The notes under the pieces were generated by a model. It was not told the origin of the DNA and did not search any database. It saw nothing but the letters and a program-made list of their open reading frames with translations. This document shows positions 61,743 through 64,000 of a DNA stretch of 64,000 bases, in pieces. The position numbers were made by a program, and so were the translations under genes. The DNA comes from Candidatus Zhuqueibacterota bacterium (GTDB taxonomy: Bacteria; Zhuqueibacterota; Zhuqueibacteria; Thermofontimicrobiales; Thermofontimicrobiaceae): NCBI GenBank assembly GCA_049322915.1, contig JBMOPW010000014.1, forward strand, positions 701,527 through 765,526. Direction: 5' to 3'. Position 1 is the first letter of the stretch; each line of letters starts with the position of its first letter.

Positions 61743-64000
61743 ATGAATGTTGATTTCAAAACGTACAGCGTATCTTTCTCGTTCATTCTCCTCGTCTTCG
61801 TGGAGTGTGTTTTTGCTCAGCCATCCATGTTTCCCAATCCTGATTTCGGGCAATTCTATGTGGCGCCGCGATTGAACGTGACCATTGATGGGAATCTCCG
61901 CGAGTGGCGGCCGTTTATGCCTGTCGTGTTGAACACGCCGGAGCAGGCTTCCTACAAAAATCAGGACTGGCGGGGGCCGGCCGATTGTTCCGTCCGATTC
62001 TGGATCGCCTGGAACGCCGAGGGATTTCTCGTTGCCGCGGAAACCGTGGATGATTCGGCGTCATTCCCGTACGCCGGGCATGACGGCTGGGCCAATGATT
62101 GCATTCAATTCTGCGTGGACGTGCATGATGATAATGATCAGAATTTTTATGCCAATGATGATCACGAATTCGTCGTCACACTGAACGACAGCGTTCCGCT
62201 GGTGTACGAGCATTCCTATTCCGAATTGCAGGAATCCGGCTATCGGGACTATCCCTGTCAGATGCTGGTCCGCGGAGACACCATTCGGTACGAGGCGCTG
62301 ATTCCGTGGTCCGGTCTGGGGCTCCTCGGGTCATTCGCCGGGATGCATGTGGGCGCGTCGGTTGTGGCGTTCGACAATGACGGGGCGAATTTTCGCGGCT
62401 GGCTGGAATGGACCGCTGGCATCGCCGAGAAAAAATTTACCCTGCCGTTTGCCAATGTGCTCTTCTTCGATGAAAACGCCAACATCGTTCAGGCTATTCC
62501 GGCGCAGTCCTTTTTATCGGAAAATGATTCGCTCGTCCTGTGGACGTATTCGCGCTATTATCGCAGGAGCATTTCCTACCGTTTGTTCGAAGCTGACGAG
62601 ACACTGTTCCGCAACAAGGTCACGATGCGGGCCAAAAAATGGACGCGACTGCCCATTGCTCCCAAATATCTCAAGTCGGGGAAATTGAAACTGGAAATCA
62701 CCTCCGCCAAAATTTCTCATCAGTTCGATATTGCCGTCTGGTCCAAAGACCGCATTGCTGAACAGATCAGTTATCTGGTGCAGCAGGCGAGCGTGCTGAA
62801 AAATTTGAAAGGGATCGACTCATCGGTCAATGACCTGATGAAATATTGGGCCGATTGGCTTCAGCAGAAATTCGCCCATGCCGGGACGGATTTTGAATTT
62901 TTCGATGTGATGAATCAGGCTCAAAAACGCATCGACCAGATCCCGAATTTTTTCATGAATCAGCAGGTGTTTTACCACCGCGAATTTCGCATCGTCGAGC
63001 AGATGTACGAATCCGGAAACGAAGCGGCCATGCGTCGCTATCTGCTGCATCTGCCAACCGTGTTCAATCCGAAGGAGAAGTACCCGGCGTTTGTGTTTCT
63101 TCACGACGTGCAGGATGATGAAGAAGAAAGCGCCCGAAAAATCGGGGAGATTCTGACGGAAATGGATTTGAACATGATCGGCATCTTCCCCAAGGGCTAT
63201 CCTCATTTTGTCCTGTCCCCTGTTTTACTGGAAGAAATCACGCTCTGCATTCGGGATGCAGTGAAGAAATACCCGATCAATCAGGAAAAAATATACATTG
63301 CCGGGGAAGGAATCGGGGGCGCGGCCGCCCTTCTTCTGGCGCAGCGCGCGCCGGATAAATTCGCCGCTGTGACGCTGGTCGAGTGCAATATGGATACGGC
63401 GGCGATCACAAGAAATGCAATCCTCACGCCGATCCGGATTGTTGGCGACCCACAACACCAGGCGCAGTGCCAGGGTCTGGCGGACAAAATCAAGCGCCAT
63501 CGCGGCAGCGCGACGATTGACATGCTGCCGGATTTGGATATTCGGAACGCGCGCGAAGTGTTCTCCCCGTCCTATTTCCGATGGCTGCTCGCTCAACGAA
63601 AAAGTACACGGCCGAGAAAAATTGACATCGAAATTGACCAATTGCAGCCGTCCAATGTGGCCTGGCTGGACGTCATTGCCCAGCGCAGCTACCGCGAGCT
63701 GGCCTCTGTAGACGCTGTGGTGGATTCCGGCCGAATCATCGTTGCCACCCACAATATTAGATCGTTCTCAATCCAGGCCGATCCGTTGCCCTTGATAGCG
63801 CGTTTCCCTTTGCACGTACTGATTGATGGCTCGGCGCCGATTCTGATTCAAGAGAAAGCGCCAGTCCTGAGCTTTTTGCAGTCGGGAAAAAACTGGGAAT
63901 TGACGCACGACGCTGTCCATGCCCACCAGAAATCTCCCCAGCGCATTGGGCCGATGTCCAAAATTTTCACCGGGCCGATCAAATTTGTCTACAGCACGGC
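61743..64000 (+). CDS. Secreted multidomain protein: CBM9/DOMON-like domain plus alpha/beta-hydrolase-like domain; runs off the window
   Basis: Not in the ORF track; translated by hand in segments: MNVDFK...VFA-Q signal, IDGNLREW, WNAEGFLVAAETVDD, later YLLHLP...YPAFVFLHD and IYIAGEGIGG in the same frame. Confidence 0.8.
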   Translation, partial: MNVDFKTYSVSFSFILLVFVECVFAQPSMFPNPDFGQFYVAPRLNVTIDGNLREWRPFMPVVLNTPEQASYKNQDWRGPADCSVRFWIAWNAEGFLVAAETVDDSASFPYAGHDGWANDCIQFCVDVHDDNDQNFYANDDHEFVVTLNDSVPLVYEHSYSELQESGYRDYPCQMLVRGDTIRYEALIPWSGLGLLGSFAGMHVGASVVAFDNDGANFRGWLEWTAGIAEKKFTLPFANVLFFDENANIVQAIPAQSFLSENDSLVLWTYSRYYRRSISYRLFEADETLFRNKVTMRAKKWTRLPIAPKYLKSGKLKLEITSAKISHQFDIAVWSKDRIAEQISYLVQQASVLKNLKGIDSSVNDLMKYWADWLQQKFAHAGTDFEFFDVMNQAQKRIDQIPNFFMNQQVFYHREFRIVEQMYESGNEAAMRRYLLHLPTVFNPKEKYPAFVFLHDVQDDEEESARKIGEILTEMDLNMIGIFPKGYPHFVLSPVLLEEITLCIRDAVKKYPINQEKIYIAGEGIGGAAALLLAQRAPDKFAAVTLVECNMDTAAITRNAILTPIRIVGDPQHQAQCQGLADKIKRHRGSATIDMLPDLDIRNAREVFSPSYFRWLLAQRKSTRPRKIDIEIDQLQPSNVAWLDVIAQRSYRELASVDAVVDSGRIIVATHNIRSFSIQADPLPLIARFPLHVLIDGSAPILIQEKAPVLSFLQSGKNWELTHDAVHAHQKSPQRIGPMSKIFTGPIKFVYST

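Overview
Bacterial chromosomal window; the lineage cannot be fixed from sequence alone, although the UpxY-type regulator suggests an FCB-related group (inference). Most of it (about 2.9-55.7 kb, all + strand) is one very large surface-polysaccharide locus headed by a NusG-paralogue antiterminator (UpxY/RfaH-like) with a roughly 470-nt, highly structured leader. The locus encodes gmd/fcl, amino-sugar and amidotransferase enzymes, a nonulosonic-acid module (NeuA, HAD phosphatase, NeuB-cupin), two flippases, a Wzy-like protein, several glycosyltransferases, an unusual kinase/methyltransferase/nucleotidyltransferase block, a WbpB-like oxidoreductase, a priming sugar transferase, Wzi, galE and hddC/hddA/gmhA. 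Between upxY and gmd, and again in the distal third, co-oriented accessory cassettes (two AbiEii-type nucleotidyltransferase pairs, an AAA/DUF4143-type ATPase, a helical hypothetical protein, VapBC) sit in a dense, nested scaffold of non-coding repeats. These include 7/9/15/21-nt tandem tracts, several REP-like palindrome families, MITEs with target duplications, and an asymmetric-ended element carrying interchangeable palindromic cargo. No transposase or integrase is visible in the window. The right end is visibly more GC-rich housekeeping DNA: an outer-membrane beta-barrel, a DUF3467-like protein, polA, a candidate structured 5'-UTR RNA, a small hypothetical gene, a rhomboid protease and a truncated secreted CBM9-like/pseudo-esterase protein. 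All family assignments come from motif recognition, not database searches.
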